Below are positions 16,288-25,194 of a DNA stretch of 32,000 bases, one piece after another; the stretch's first letter is position 1; the number at the start of each line of letters is the position of its first letter. The DNA comes from Sinorhizobium meliloti. GTDB taxonomy: Bacteria > Pseudomonadota > Alphaproteobacteria > Rhizobiales > Rhizobiaceae. Made by a program: the position numbers and the translations under genes. A model generated the notes under the pieces. That model saw nothing but the letters and a program-made list of their open reading frames with translations. It ran no database searches and was not told the origin of the DNA. The DNA lies in NCBI RefSeq assembly GCF_017876815.1, contig NZ_JAGIOS010000004.1, forward strand, positions 150,001 through 182,000, read 5' to 3'.

Positions 16288-17234
16288 TCAATCCGGGTCA
16301 TACCCGGCAGCCCTGAAGTAGTTGGCACACTCGTCAGGAGTGAAGCGGGGTATCAAGGCGCCGACTGCGTCCCACAGGGCATCGATCTTTCGCTCCGCGC
16401 GGCCTCGCAGCATGGCTTTCAGTTTCGAGAATGCATTCTCGATGGGATTGAAGTCTGGGCTATAGGGCGGGAGGAACATAAGCTTGGCCCCGGCGCGCTC
16501 GATGGCATCCCGCACACCGGATGTCTTGTGTGCTGGCAAGTTGTCCATGACTACGACGTCCCCGGCCTGAAGGGTCGGCAGAAGTACCTGTTCGACATAG
16601 GCCAGGAAGACGTTGCCGTTCATCGCGCCGTCGTAGACAAACGGTGCGGTCATTCCGGTTAGGCGCAAGGCGCCGGTGAAGGTCGTTGTCTTCCAGTGCC
16701 CGTGCGGTACGCCGGCCCGGCAACGTTCGCCTCGCAGTGCACGCCCGCGCAGACGTGCCATCTTCGTGGAAAGGCCGGTTTCATCGATGTAGATCAGCTT
16801 CTCCGGATCGAGATCGAGCTGACCATCAAACCAGACGCGCCGGCGCTTCAGGACATCCGGCCGGTCTTGCTCCAGTGCGTGTGCGGTCTTTTTTTAAAGG
16901 TCCATCCTCGGCCTCGAAGCCAGGCGCCAAGTGCGCTACGGCTGATCTTCACCTGCCGTTCGACGGACAAGCGCTGGACCATTTCATCGAGCGTCACGTC
17001 CTTCCGCTCTTCGATCAGGGCGACAACAAATTCCTCGTGTGCGTCTACCGCCGATGGCCGCCTCCAGCCCTGCGGCCGAGGGGTCAGCTCGCCCTCTTTC
17101 GCTCTCGCGATCCAGCGGATCGCTGTCGAGATCCCAACTCCGAACCGGGCTGCAGCCTGTCGAGCTGACATGCCCGCTGCAGACGCTTTCAAAACCCGTA
17201 TTCGAAGATCGTCGCTCAGTGCCTGGCCCATCAT
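16288..17234 (-). CDS. IS630-family transposase made from two frames (orfA 17234-16848, orfB to 16288), probably by -1 frameshifting
   Basis: orfA reads [40 protein letters not shown]...WTFKK. The -1 frame continues [49 protein letters not shown]...[10 protein letters not shown]...[19 protein letters not shown] (DDE blocks). Confidence 0.8.
16888..16895 (-). promoter_or_regulatory. Candidate programmed -1 ribosomal frameshift heptamer A AAA AAG
   Basis: The minus strand reads ACC UUU AAA AAA AGA (a run of 7 A then G) exactly where orfA homology ends and the -1 frame picks up transposase homology. Confidence 0.6.
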
Positions 17235-17748
17235 CCACCTCTTCGCTGTGGATGTTGAATCAGCTTCGGCCTGCGTCGTCACTTCACAATCGATTCATCG
17301 ATCGCAGCACGTGCTCTAAGTGGCGGGATCGCATCGAAGGAAGCATGCCGGCTGATCCAAGACGACAAGGAGCTCGTCGGCGTTCGGGCGCCAAGATTAC
17401 CGGCAATTGCCGCGAGGATATACCCGCGTCATGCGAAGACTGCCTCGGCATCAAACTCCGGCTCCCACTTCTCGATCGGTTCGCTCGTAATCTGCTCGCG
17501 TCCAAGGGACATACCGAAAATACAGTAGCGAATTATAAAATTCTCAACAGAGGTGGCCCTTGTTAAGGAAATAATACAATATCCCAATATATATACTTGC
17601 GTCGGCTCATTTGTTTGCTCAAAACCATCCCGGCCAAATCAACCGTTTTGACGCGATTCTAGCCAAACCAATGAGGCACCAGGCGGGACTGCGGCAGGCG
17701 ATGCCCTCCCTTCAATCCGAGTGTCTCGTCCTAGTAGGAGATCAAGCT

Positions 17749-18867
17749 ATGTCACGCAAAGCACCTTTCACGAGCGATCCGATCTTGCAAATGAACTCGC
17801 TGGCGCCTGCGCTCGAAGTGCGGGACTGGGTACGTGGTGAGCCCCTTGCGAGCTTCCAGCCCGGCAGAGTGTACATCCTTGAAATTTTGTGCAACCTGGT
17901 GTGGATCTTGTGTGGGGGCGATGCTCACCCTGATAGAGCTGCAGGAGACTTACAAGGACAGTGGAGTTGAGGTCGTTGCAGTCGCGGCACACGAAAGCGC
18001 TGCATCCGCCGAAGAGGCCCGCAGCAAGCTTGACGCGTGGTTAAATGAGAGTTTCCCGAAGTTGAACTTTCTGGTCGCGTTCGACGACACAGGCGCAATG
18101 AACACTCTTTGGATGCAGCCGAGTTTTTCTGTCGGGATTCCGAAGGTGTTCGTGATCGGCCGAGACGCCACATCGCCTTTGTCGGTCGACCGGACAAATT
18201 GCACGACGTTCTGCCGCAAATTCTTGACGGCACCTGGCGCACCAGCGCTCAAGCGAAAGCCGCCGAAAGGGAGCGGATCGCCGAAGATGAGCCAAAAGCG
18301 CGCAAACAAGCGTTGAAGGAGCAGATCAGGGGCAAATTCAGGGAAGCGGAGGAGCTAGAGGATTGGAAAACGGCGCTTGCGACGATTAAAAAGGGCGTTG
18401 CCCTTTATCCGAATAACCTTTCTTTCCGCCAGGCGCATGTCATGCTGCATGCGGCGTTTTTCGAACTTTTCGACCCGGCGTATGACCACTCGAAATTTCC
18501 ATCTGTCGAGCGCTTCGCCATGGGCAAGGAGCTCTCCGAACACATTCTGGCACTGTCTCGGCTGAAAGATGACTACAGCAAGGCGTGGTTTTATCGTATG
18601 GTCGCTGCGTACTATCATGCGAGTGGCAACAAAGACCGCGCAGTCGAGTTGCTCGAGCTGGCAGTGAAGTCGCTGGACGGGCCAAAGCCTATTTCCGAAG
18701 TTCTGAAAGACGGCTTTCTAGCCGATTTGCTGCAGACCCTAGCCAACTACAAGGGCGAGAAGGTTTGTTACGGCAATGTTTGTGTGGCTCCGGAGGAGAT
18801 AGCTCCGGACGGTGTCACGCCGAAGGCGGGGAAGAAGAACCCGGCTGACAGAGGAGCTCTTGAATGA
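17749..18867 (+). pseudogene. Thioredoxin-fold (TlpA/redoxin-like, CxxC) protein with helical C-terminal domain; two 1-nt frameshifts
   Basis: AGGAG lies 8 nt before ATG 17749. MSRKAPFTS...GRVYILE shifts (extra base in gaaattttgt, ~17881-17888) to FCATWCGSCVGAMLTLIELQETYKDSGVEVVAV...GIPKVFVIGRD, then shifts again (missing base ~18165) to HIAFVGRPDKLHDVLPQILDGTW...helical repeats...YKGEKVCYGNVC. Confidence 0.7.
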
Positions 18868-18889
18868 CCTCTATTCCATTTGCATCAAG

Positions 18890-19156
18890 GTCGGCGTTGT
18901 TGTCGGCAAGATCCTCGAGAAGAACACCGACGACTTCGGCTACAACGCTCAGACCGGCGAATATGGCGACATGATCGCCATGGGCATCATCGACCCGGTC
19001 AAGGTCGTTCGCACCGCGCTCCAGGACGCAGCCTCGGTTGCTTCGCTGCTCATCACCACCGAAGCCATGATCGCCGAACTGCCGAAGAAGGACGCTCCGG
19101 CAATGCCTGGCGGCATGGGCGGAATGGGTGGAATGGGTGGAATGGACATGATGTGA
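18890..19156 (+). pseudogene. groEL: 3'-terminal fragment of a groEL (Cpn60) gene, ~88 codons
   Basis: [86 protein letters not shown]-stop is the unmistakable GroEL C-terminus with its GGM tail. Nothing upstream resembles GroEL. Confidence 0.9.
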
Positions 19157-19192
19157 TAAGGCGACAGCCTTAGCACGATCCATCCGGATCTG

Positions 19193-19219
19193 AAGGGCGG
19201 CTCTCGAGCCGCCCTTTTT
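19193..19219 (+). terminator. Rho-independent terminator (native groEL terminator)
   Basis: aagggcggc tctcga gccgccctt followed by tttg, starting 37 nt after the groEL stop. Confidence 0.75.
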
Positions 19220-19220
19220 G

Positions 19221-19540
19221 TTACCCACAGAAGAAGCGACCGATCTCGTCGAGTCAGGACGATCCAACGTTGATCACCCGGTCTGCTGGCCACCTCGGAC
19301 CGGGCCGATTGCTACCGCTGGAGACGCCTTGATGGGAGCGGTGAGTTCATAACGGAAGGCGTTAGCCAGATCGCCCTTGCCCGGAATACGGGACAGTTGC
19401 GCTTCAGCCCAGACGCGGAATGCTTCGACCATTGCTTTGCTGTGCTTCTGACGAGCAGCAAGGCGGATATCGCCAGGTTGGCCTGCAATGTCGCGCTCGA
19501 TGTCGTAAAGCGCACCGATACGGTCGAGAGCCTCTCGCGC
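19221..19540 (-). pseudogene. Remnant of an IS66-family transposase (TnpC) C-terminal region
   Basis: AREALDRIGALYDIERDIAGQPGDIRLAARQKHSKAMVEAFRVWAEAQLSRIPGKGDLANAFRYEL matches the remembered IS66 block (EAL.RI..LY.IE...R...RQ..S.P......W......LS.KS.LA.AIRY.L). An internal deletion follows, then a decayed tail (..LDEIGRFFCG-stop). Confidence 0.65.
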
Positions 19541-20305
19541 GAAGGAACATTGCGATCACAGCAATCATCTCGCTAAGCTCAGGTCGCTATCGGGAGGAAA
19601 TCTCGTCGACGAGTTCGAAACGACGGTTTTTGACAAGGCTCGAACACTCTGAGGACTGTCGTCCTGAGCAAAGGCCGTTCACGAGCTCTGCCATGAGGTC
19701 GAGGATGTCCCGCGCCAGCATGGTCTTCCGCCGTTCGTGTGGCAATCCCTTTCTTGTTAATCAACCGCCGCGATTCCCGGCATGTATCACGTCAAATCCA
19801 TCAGTCGGGAAAATAGATCAGAATATAGGTTCATATATAGTGAGATGTGCGGGGTATCGATGAAGTAGAGCGGTTGTATAACACTATATGGCAGAATATA
19901 TTTCGAAATATCTAGAGTTACGCTTGTCTCAAGCATGCACTTCTATTAGAGCTCGTCTTACGTCATTCGCCGCCCACAGCGGGTGCCGGTCTTCCGCCCT
20001 TGCATCGCTTAGAGAGTGAAGTGCCACCATGTCCGAACGACCCTTACCGCGCCAACTGTCCGATCCACTGCGTGCGCTTCCCGTCCGGGGGAGAAGGCTG
20101 GTGGGTGACAGGCTAGGACGACGCCAAGGCGATACTGTCCGACGCGGCGTTCCGGCCCTCGGGAATGCCGCCAGCGGAAAGGGTTCTCACCGGGGACTGG
20201 AATTAAGGAACATTGCCCCTACCAGTCTCCAAACAGGTCTTCCGGCCACGGACAGCGTGTCCACCAAATCGTCTCGCTCCGCTTCCAACTGCGCCAAGAG
20301 GATAC

Positions 20306-21334
20306 ATGAGCAGCAACCAGAGCTTCACATCGGAATGTGATCGCGCCCCTCGCCTGAACGAGATGGCAGAATTCTTTTCTACAACAGCCGCAGGCAGATC
20401 AGGCGTTCCCCTAAAGATGCCCGACGTCGATCATCGCCTTTTCGAAGGCGACCCGGCTTTGGCAGAATTTATTGATGCTCACCGTCTCCTCTGGGGGAAC
20501 TTTGATCCGCATTATTTCAGCAGTATCCCGTATCGCTTAGAGGAAGAAGCTAGGCTCGGCGATGCCATGTTCCGTTATGGAATGGCCACCGGGCGAGCCG
20601 ACCGCCCCGCTACTTTCTATGTATTGGGTTCAGCGGAGGGCACATTTGCCAGAACGCTCGCTCAGGCGGGCCAAGGCTGCTTCCGTACACTTTCATGCAG
20701 CCCTAACAAAGAAAATAAGGAGAGTTTCTATTCACATGGCGCACCTGCGTTTGCAGAGTTCTTCCTAGGTCCGTTTCACCATCTGACCAATGAGCTAATT
20801 CGCACAAGCGATCGGTTGCGGCACTTCAGCGAAGGATTCGACATCATCCTGGAAGACACCACGTTCCAAATGTACTCACCGAACCGACCGGCCCAAATTG
20901 AATTCGTTAGAGGTCACCTCAAGGATGAGGGGATTATGATATTCGTTGAGAAGTTCAGTCATGACGACGCCAATGAATACTCGGCCCGAGAGTTGCAGAA
21001 AGATTACGGATACAAATCACGCTTCTTCACGAACCGAACTATTGAGAGAAAAAACTCAGAAGTTCTTAGCATAATGAACAAAAACGAAAACACCATATCA
21101 GAAATGGCCGAGGCGGTAGATCAGCATTTCCGTCATGCATACATCACATGGAATAGCGGCAACTTCTACACTATAACTGCGAGTAACAGTTCCGAAAATC
21201 TTTCCAGGTACATTTGCTCGATGGTCCCCCCCTGCATCCCCAACGAGTATGTATATACAGGAACGCCTCAATCGCTACTTAATCCCGTCATTCCGGATCT
21301 GCAATTTCGTGGTTACGGGAGAAATCCAGTATGA
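20306..21334 (+). CDS. Class I SAM-methyltransferase-fold protein, CmoA-like architecture (function unknown)
   Basis: AGAGGA precedes ATG 20306; the ORF-track N-terminal extension from 20213 is Pro/Arg-rich and unlikely to be coding. Motif I-like FYVLGSAEGTFARTLAQ, motif II-like FDIILEDTTFQM and GIMIFVEKFSHDD...ELQKD...ERKNSEVLSIM recall CmoA (EKF..ED....KR...ENV). The 3' half is AT-rich. Confidence 0.5.
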   Translation: MSSNQSFTSECDRAPRLNEMAEFFSTTAAGRSGVPLKMPDVDHRLFEGDPALAEFIDAHRLLWGNFDPHYFSSIPYRLEEEARLGDAMFRYGMATGRADRPATFYVLGSAEGTFARTLAQAGQGCFRTLSCSPNKENKESFYSHGAPAFAEFFLGPFHHLTNELIRTSDRLRHFSEGFDIILEDTTFQMYSPNRPAQIEFVRGHLKDEGIMIFVEKFSHDDANEYSARELQKDYGYKSRFFTNRTIERKNSEVLSIMNKNENTISEMAEAVDQHFRHAYITWNSGNFYTITASNSSENLSRYICSMVPPCIPNEYVYTGTPQSLLNPVIPDLQFRGYGRNPV

Positions 21335-21546
21335 CCTTCTCCGCTTGGATTTCGTTCGCTTTATTGACGGCAGTTCAGACCGCCAGCCCCGGCCCGGCGG
21401 TCTCACTCCTCATATCTACTGGTTTGCGGAGCGGCGTCTCCGGCGCGCTGGCTTTGCTACCCGGCATTTTGGTCGGCGTCGTAGTGCGCCTGTTTCGCCA
21501 CCTGGAACGGCACGTCATGCGTCACCGACAACACTCGTCTGTCTAA
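21331..21546 (+). pseudogene. N-terminal ~55 codons of a LysE/RhtB-family amino-acid exporter
   Basis: MTFSAWISFALLTAVQTASPGPAVSLLISTGLRSGVSGALALLPGIL is a typical LysE-family N-terminus. The start ATG overlaps the upstream stop (ATGA, 21331-21334). Homology is then lost, and there is no room for a ~200-aa protein before 21610. Confidence 0.6.
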
Positions 21547-21609
21547 AGACACAGTTCTTCGGTCGGACGAGAGCTGTGAGCGGCCCTTCATCACTCGCCA
21601 GGTCTCCTA

Positions 21610-22782
21610 ATGTCCATCATTCATTACCCGACGCTACATGAAACCTCCGGCCTTCCGAGCCTGGCATTTACCTCTTCACCAAGGACCCGTGAGAGCTGGT
21701 ACGAAATCGACTTGGGTGCGATCAGACACAACTACCGCCAATTGCGTGCTCATCTGCCCGACACTGTAAAAATCTTCGCCTGTTTGAAGCGCAACGGATA
21801 CGGCTGTGGGGCAGGTCCTGTCGCTCACGCCTTGGCAGCAGAGGGCGCTGACGGCTTTGCCGTTGCCTCGTTGCCAGACGCCATAGCAATCCGGGAAACA
21901 GGCGTAGACCACCCGATTCTGCTCTATCCGGGGCCTCTGCCGGCATCGGCGCAGGCCGTAGAGTCTCTCGAGCTTACGGTCACTGTGTCCAGTCTCGACG
22001 AACTGGAACATTGGCGCGCGGCCTTGAGCACCACGCGGATCTTCGTCAAGGTTGATCTGGGCTTCTTCCGGGCGGGAGCTACGCCGCAGGAGATCGGCAG
22101 GATTTTGTCGGCCGCTTATGCCTACAACGATGTCGAACTACAGGGGCTCTACGCTCATTTGAGTGAATTGCCGACCTCATCATCCTCGGCCGCAGAAGAG
22201 CAATTTGCTCGTATGCAGCGCGTTCTGGCGCAGGCAGAGTCCGCAGGGACACGTCCTCCCTTAGTGATGATGTCAAGCACCGAGGGGGTGCTTCGCTATC
22301 CGCTCATGGATCTTGATGCCGTCGACCCCGGTGCCTTGTTCATCGGTCTACCAGAGACCGATCACCCCGCACGGCCCATAGCCTTGCGACCCGCCCTCAA
22401 AGCCATCTCGACGCCCCTCGTCGCAGTGAAGCGGATCGATGCTTCTCTTGGCCCGATCCCTGACATTCCAGGTTTTCGGCCAGGGATGACCATTGGCATC
22501 CTCGGCATGGGATGGGGCGACGGCCTTCCGCGCAAGGTTTCAAGCCAAGCGGCGGGCTTGGTGAGGGGGCAGCGCGCACGCCTACTACCTCCCGCCCACC
22601 TCGAACATCTGCGCATCGATCTGACGGACGTGCCTGATGCCCGATTTGGTGACCAAGTACTGCTGCTTGGGCAGCAAGGAAACGAGATCATCACACTAGA
22701 GGAAGTCGCGGCTCAATGGAGCACAGATGTCGTCGGACTCTACGCCCAGCTCCGCGACCATATCCCGCGTGTCTACTCCTGA
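21610..22782 (+). CDS. Fold-type III PLP enzyme of the alanine-racemase family (probably not a classical Alr)
   Basis: SWYEIDLGAIRHNYRQLRAHL..VKIFACLKRNGYGCG (PLP lysine), PILLY, IFVKVDLGFFRAG and GMGWGDG are collinear with Alr over 390 aa. Several Alr catalytic positions differ (see findings). Confidence 0.8.
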   Translation: MSIIHYPTLHETSGLPSLAFTSSPRTRESWYEIDLGAIRHNYRQLRAHLPDTVKIFACLKRNGYGCGAGPVAHALAAEGADGFAVASLPDAIAIRETGVDHPILLYPGPLPASAQAVESLELTVTVSSLDELEHWRAALSTTRIFVKVDLGFFRAGATPQEIGRILSAAYAYNDVELQGLYAHLSELPTSSSSAAEEQFARMQRVLAQAESAGTRPPLVMMSSTEGVLRYPLMDLDAVDPGALFIGLPETDHPARPIALRPALKAISTPLVAVKRIDASLGPIPDIPGFRPGMTIGILGMGWGDGLPRKVSSQAAGLVRGQRARLLPPAHLEHLRIDLTDVPDARFGDQVLLLGQQGNEIITLEEVAAQWSTDVVGLYAQLRDHIPRVYS

Positions 22783-22812
22783 GTTCAACACACACACAAG
22801 GGGAATTAGAAA

Positions 22813-23459
22813 ATGAATGCCTTCAGAACCGCTCTCGCAGTCTTGCTTTCAACCGTTGTCGTTAGCCACGTCGACGCGGCTGATCGCAAGACTATCAAAA
22901 TCGCTACCGAAGGGGCCTTTCCTCCTTGGAACGCGGTCGACGCCGATGGCAAAGCGATCGGCTTTGACATCGATGTGGGGCGGGAACTTTGCCGCATGCA
23001 AAACTGACTTGCGAGTTTGTCACCCAGGATTGGGACGGTATCATCCCTGCTCTCAACGTTGGGAAATATCATGCCATCATGGCTGGAATGTCGATCACCG
23101 AAAAGCTCAAACAGGTGATTGCATTTTCCCGACCTTACGCGCTGACCTCCAACTACTTCGTGATCAGAAAGGAGCTCGATGTACCGGTGATGGATGCAGA
23201 CTCCAAGATCGATCTCTCCCGCAATGATGACGAAACCAAACAGATCCTGGCCTCATTGATTTCCAATTTGAAAGGGCATTCTATCGGCGTGCAGCGATCG
23301 ACCAACGCTGAGGCCTTCATCCGCGAGTACTTCGGTGACTCCGTCGAAATTCGTAGTTACGACAACCAGGGTAACCTTAACTTGGACTTGGCATCAGGCC
23401 GGATCGACGGCGGGCTGGCTGATTACTCGGTTTGGAAAACATTCTTGGCGTCCGGTAAA
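22813..23459 (+). pseudogene. Periplasmic polar amino-acid/opine-binding protein (HisJ/OccT/NocT-like), frameshifted and 3'-truncated
   Basis: A signal peptide MNAFRTALAVLLSTVVVSHVDAA is followed by IKIATEGAFPPWNAVDADGKAIGFDIDVGRELCR. A frameshift at ~22985-22995 leads to KLTCEFVTQDWDGIIPALNVGKYHAIMAGMSIT...GRIDGGLADYSVWKTFLASGK. Homology ends at about 23455. Confidence 0.8.
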
Positions 23460-24510
23460 CCGGCCCTTCGCCCCCTTGTGGCGGCACCCAGTTGATGTTC
23501 TGGTTCGGGTCCTTGATGTCGCAGGTCTTGCAGTGGACGCAGTTCTGGGCGTTGATGACGAAGGTCGGCTGGCCGTCCTTTTCCACCCATTCGTAAACGC
23601 CGGCCGGACAGTGGCCGGCATAGACCTCGTATTCAGAGCGCTTCTGCAGGTCCCAGTCCTTCACCTGAAGATGCACCGGCTGGTCCTCCTCGTGATTGGT
23701 GTTCGACAGGAACACCGAGGAGAGCCGGTCGAAGGTCAGCACCCCGTCCGGCTTCGGGTAATCGATCTTCTGGTGCTTCGAGGCCGGCTCCAGCGATTGG
23801 GCGTCGGTCTTGCCGTGCTTCAGCGTCCCGAAAAAGGAAAAGCCGAAGAGCTGGTTCGTCCACATGTCGGGACCGCCCAGGGCCACGCCGACGGCGGTGC
23901 CGAAGCGCGACCACAGCGGCCCTCACCCTTTTCAGGTCCTGGCCGATTGCACTCTCGCGCCAGCCGCGCTCAATCTCGATCGGTTCGTCATTGGCGCGGC
24001 CGCTGGCGATCGCCTCCGCCAGTTCTCCGCGGCGAGGATGCCGGACAGTACCGCATTGTGGCTGCCCTTGATGCGCGGCACGTTACGAAGCCGGCCGAGC
24101 AGCCGATCAGCGCCCCGCCGGGGAAGGACAGCTTCGGCACCGACTGGTAGCCGCCCTCGGTGATGCCGCGGGCGCCGTAGCAGAGCCTTTTTCCACCCTC
24201 GAAAGTGCCGCGGATCGCCGGATGCGTCTTAAAGCGCTGGAATTCCTCGAACGGATAGAGATACGGGTTCTTGTAGTTGAGGTGGACGACGAAACCGACG
24301 GCAACCAGATTGTCCTCCAGGTGATAGAGGAAGGAGCCGCCACCGGTCTTCATTCCGAGCGGCCAGCCGAAGGAATGCTGCACGAGGCCGGCTTATGATT
24401 TCCGGTTTCACCTCCCGGAGCTCCTTCAGGCCGATGCCGAATTTCGGCACGCCGCGGCTCGCGTCGAGCTTGTATCTGGCGATCAGCTGCTTGGCGAGCG
24501 AGCCACGCAC
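23455..24510 (-). pseudogene. Electron-transfer-flavoprotein:ubiquinone oxidoreductase (ETF-QO), 5'-truncated with several frameshifts
   Basis: Spread over at least four frames: RGSLAKQLIARYKLDASRGVPKFGIGLKEL.EVKPE / [53 protein letters not shown]...[11 protein letters not shown] / [15 protein letters not shown] / ...CPAGVYEWVEKDG..FVINAQNCVHCKTCDIKDPNQNINWVPPQGGEGPVY. Confidence 0.85.
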
Positions 24511-24942
24511 GCCCTCGCCGAAGACCTTCAAGCCGGTGCTGTCGACAACCAGATGGACCGGACCTGATGTTGTGGCTCGGGACTTTGTCGACGGCAACGC
24601 CAGCCCTTTGCTCCGGCGAGACATGGTGGAGAAGTCAGGCACCGCAATATCGAACCCCATCAGCGCCACGACACTGCGCATCAAGCCTTTGGTCTGGCGA
24701 AGCGCCAGCCCATAGACGACGCGCAGGGTCAAGCACAACGTAATCGCCAGATCCGAGTATTTCGGCTGACCACCCCGCGATGTCCGCCTCCGCGCCGTCC
24801 ATAAAGACAGGGCCTCATCCTTCACCCAGATGGTCAAATCACCACGTTGACGCAGGCTTTCATTATATGCCGGCCAATTCGTCATTTGATATTTCTGCTT
24901 GGCAATCTTGTCCCGCCGATCGGCATTGAACTTGTGAGGCAT
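24511..24942 (-). pseudogene. N-terminal 144 codons of an IS5-family (IS903-group-like) transposase
   Basis: MPHKFNADRRDKIAKQKYQMTNWPAYNESLRQRGDLTIWVKDEALSLWTA...GGQPKYSDLAITLCLTLRVVYGLALRQTKGLMRS...PDFSTMSRR...VHLVVDSTGLKVFGEG then runs in frame straight into ETF-QO sequence. Confidence 0.75.
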
Positions 24943-25194
24943 CGTCGAAATCCGGATCAGGAGACTGAAAACAACTGCTCAATATCAGTCGCCGGGTGAT
25001 CCACGCAACGACGCCATTTGCATGCATTCGTTAGTTATTTGGCCGTGATAATAGGCACATGTTTGGTATTCTCCCCAATCTTCGTGCGGTTCAAGTTCTG
25101 TATACGCGCACTCAATCTTCCCATTCTTATAAGCAAGGCATGCCCCCTTGTCCCTTGTCCTCAGCCGAAACCTGACTACTCGGTACGACGACGA

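Larger units (their letters stand above)
16273..17318 (-). mobile_element. Intact IS630-family insertion sequence (ISRm2011-2-like), ~1.05 kb
   Basis: TA-flanked imperfect IRs: TAgagcagatcctgttcaatc at 16273 onward, and the reverse complement of ...gtgctcTA ending at 17318. Two overlapping transposase frames are joined at an A-rich slippery site. Confidence 0.85.

Noticed and set aside
17636-17672. nod-box-like string AAATCAACCGTTTTGACGCGATTCTAGCCAAACCAATG upstream of the thioredoxin-fold gene.
   Set aside because: Only the distal AATC..TTTT..CCAA part loosely resembles the nod-box consensus. The proximal ATCCA...GATG half is absent.
19109-19145. Short tandem repeats ggcatgggcggaatgggtggaatgggtggaatgg.
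   Set aside because: This is the coding GGM repeat of the GroEL C-terminal tail, not a CRISPR or a regulatory repeat. No CRISPR-like repeat-spacer array was seen anywhere in the window.
19556-19860. Minus-strand translation ...GLPHERRKTMLARDILDLMAELVNGLCSGR..., considered as a further IS66 or Tn3-family transposase remnant. Also an imperfect inverted repeat catatatagtg / cactatatg (19831-19841, 19881-19889) in the AT-rich spacer.
   Set aside because: The spacing to the IS66 block does not fit the family, and the similarity to Tn3-type sequences is vague. The inverted repeat is short, imperfect and AT-rich, so it could be chance.
20029-20305. ORF 20029-20340 and the N-terminal extension (from 20213) of the methyltransferase-like ORF.
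   Set aside because: The translation is Arg/Pro-rich and of low complexity. A better start, ATG 20306 with AGAGGA upstream, exists. I scanned 19864-20305 by eye for -24/-12 (TGGCAC-N5-TTGC), NifA UAS (TGT-N10-ACA), nod-box and tts-box patterns and found no acceptable match.
23335-24150. Long ORFs antisense to recognised genes. Examples: 23335-24150(+), 25886-26701(+), 28133-28831(+), 30595-31179(+), 31270-31842(+), 8285-9070(-), 8410-9222(+), 4307-4858(-), 18815-19267(-).
   Set aside because: They are typical shadow ORFs of GC-rich DNA. Their translations are Arg/Ala/Pro/Gly-rich with no family motifs, and each overlaps a gene with clear homology on the other strand or in another frame.
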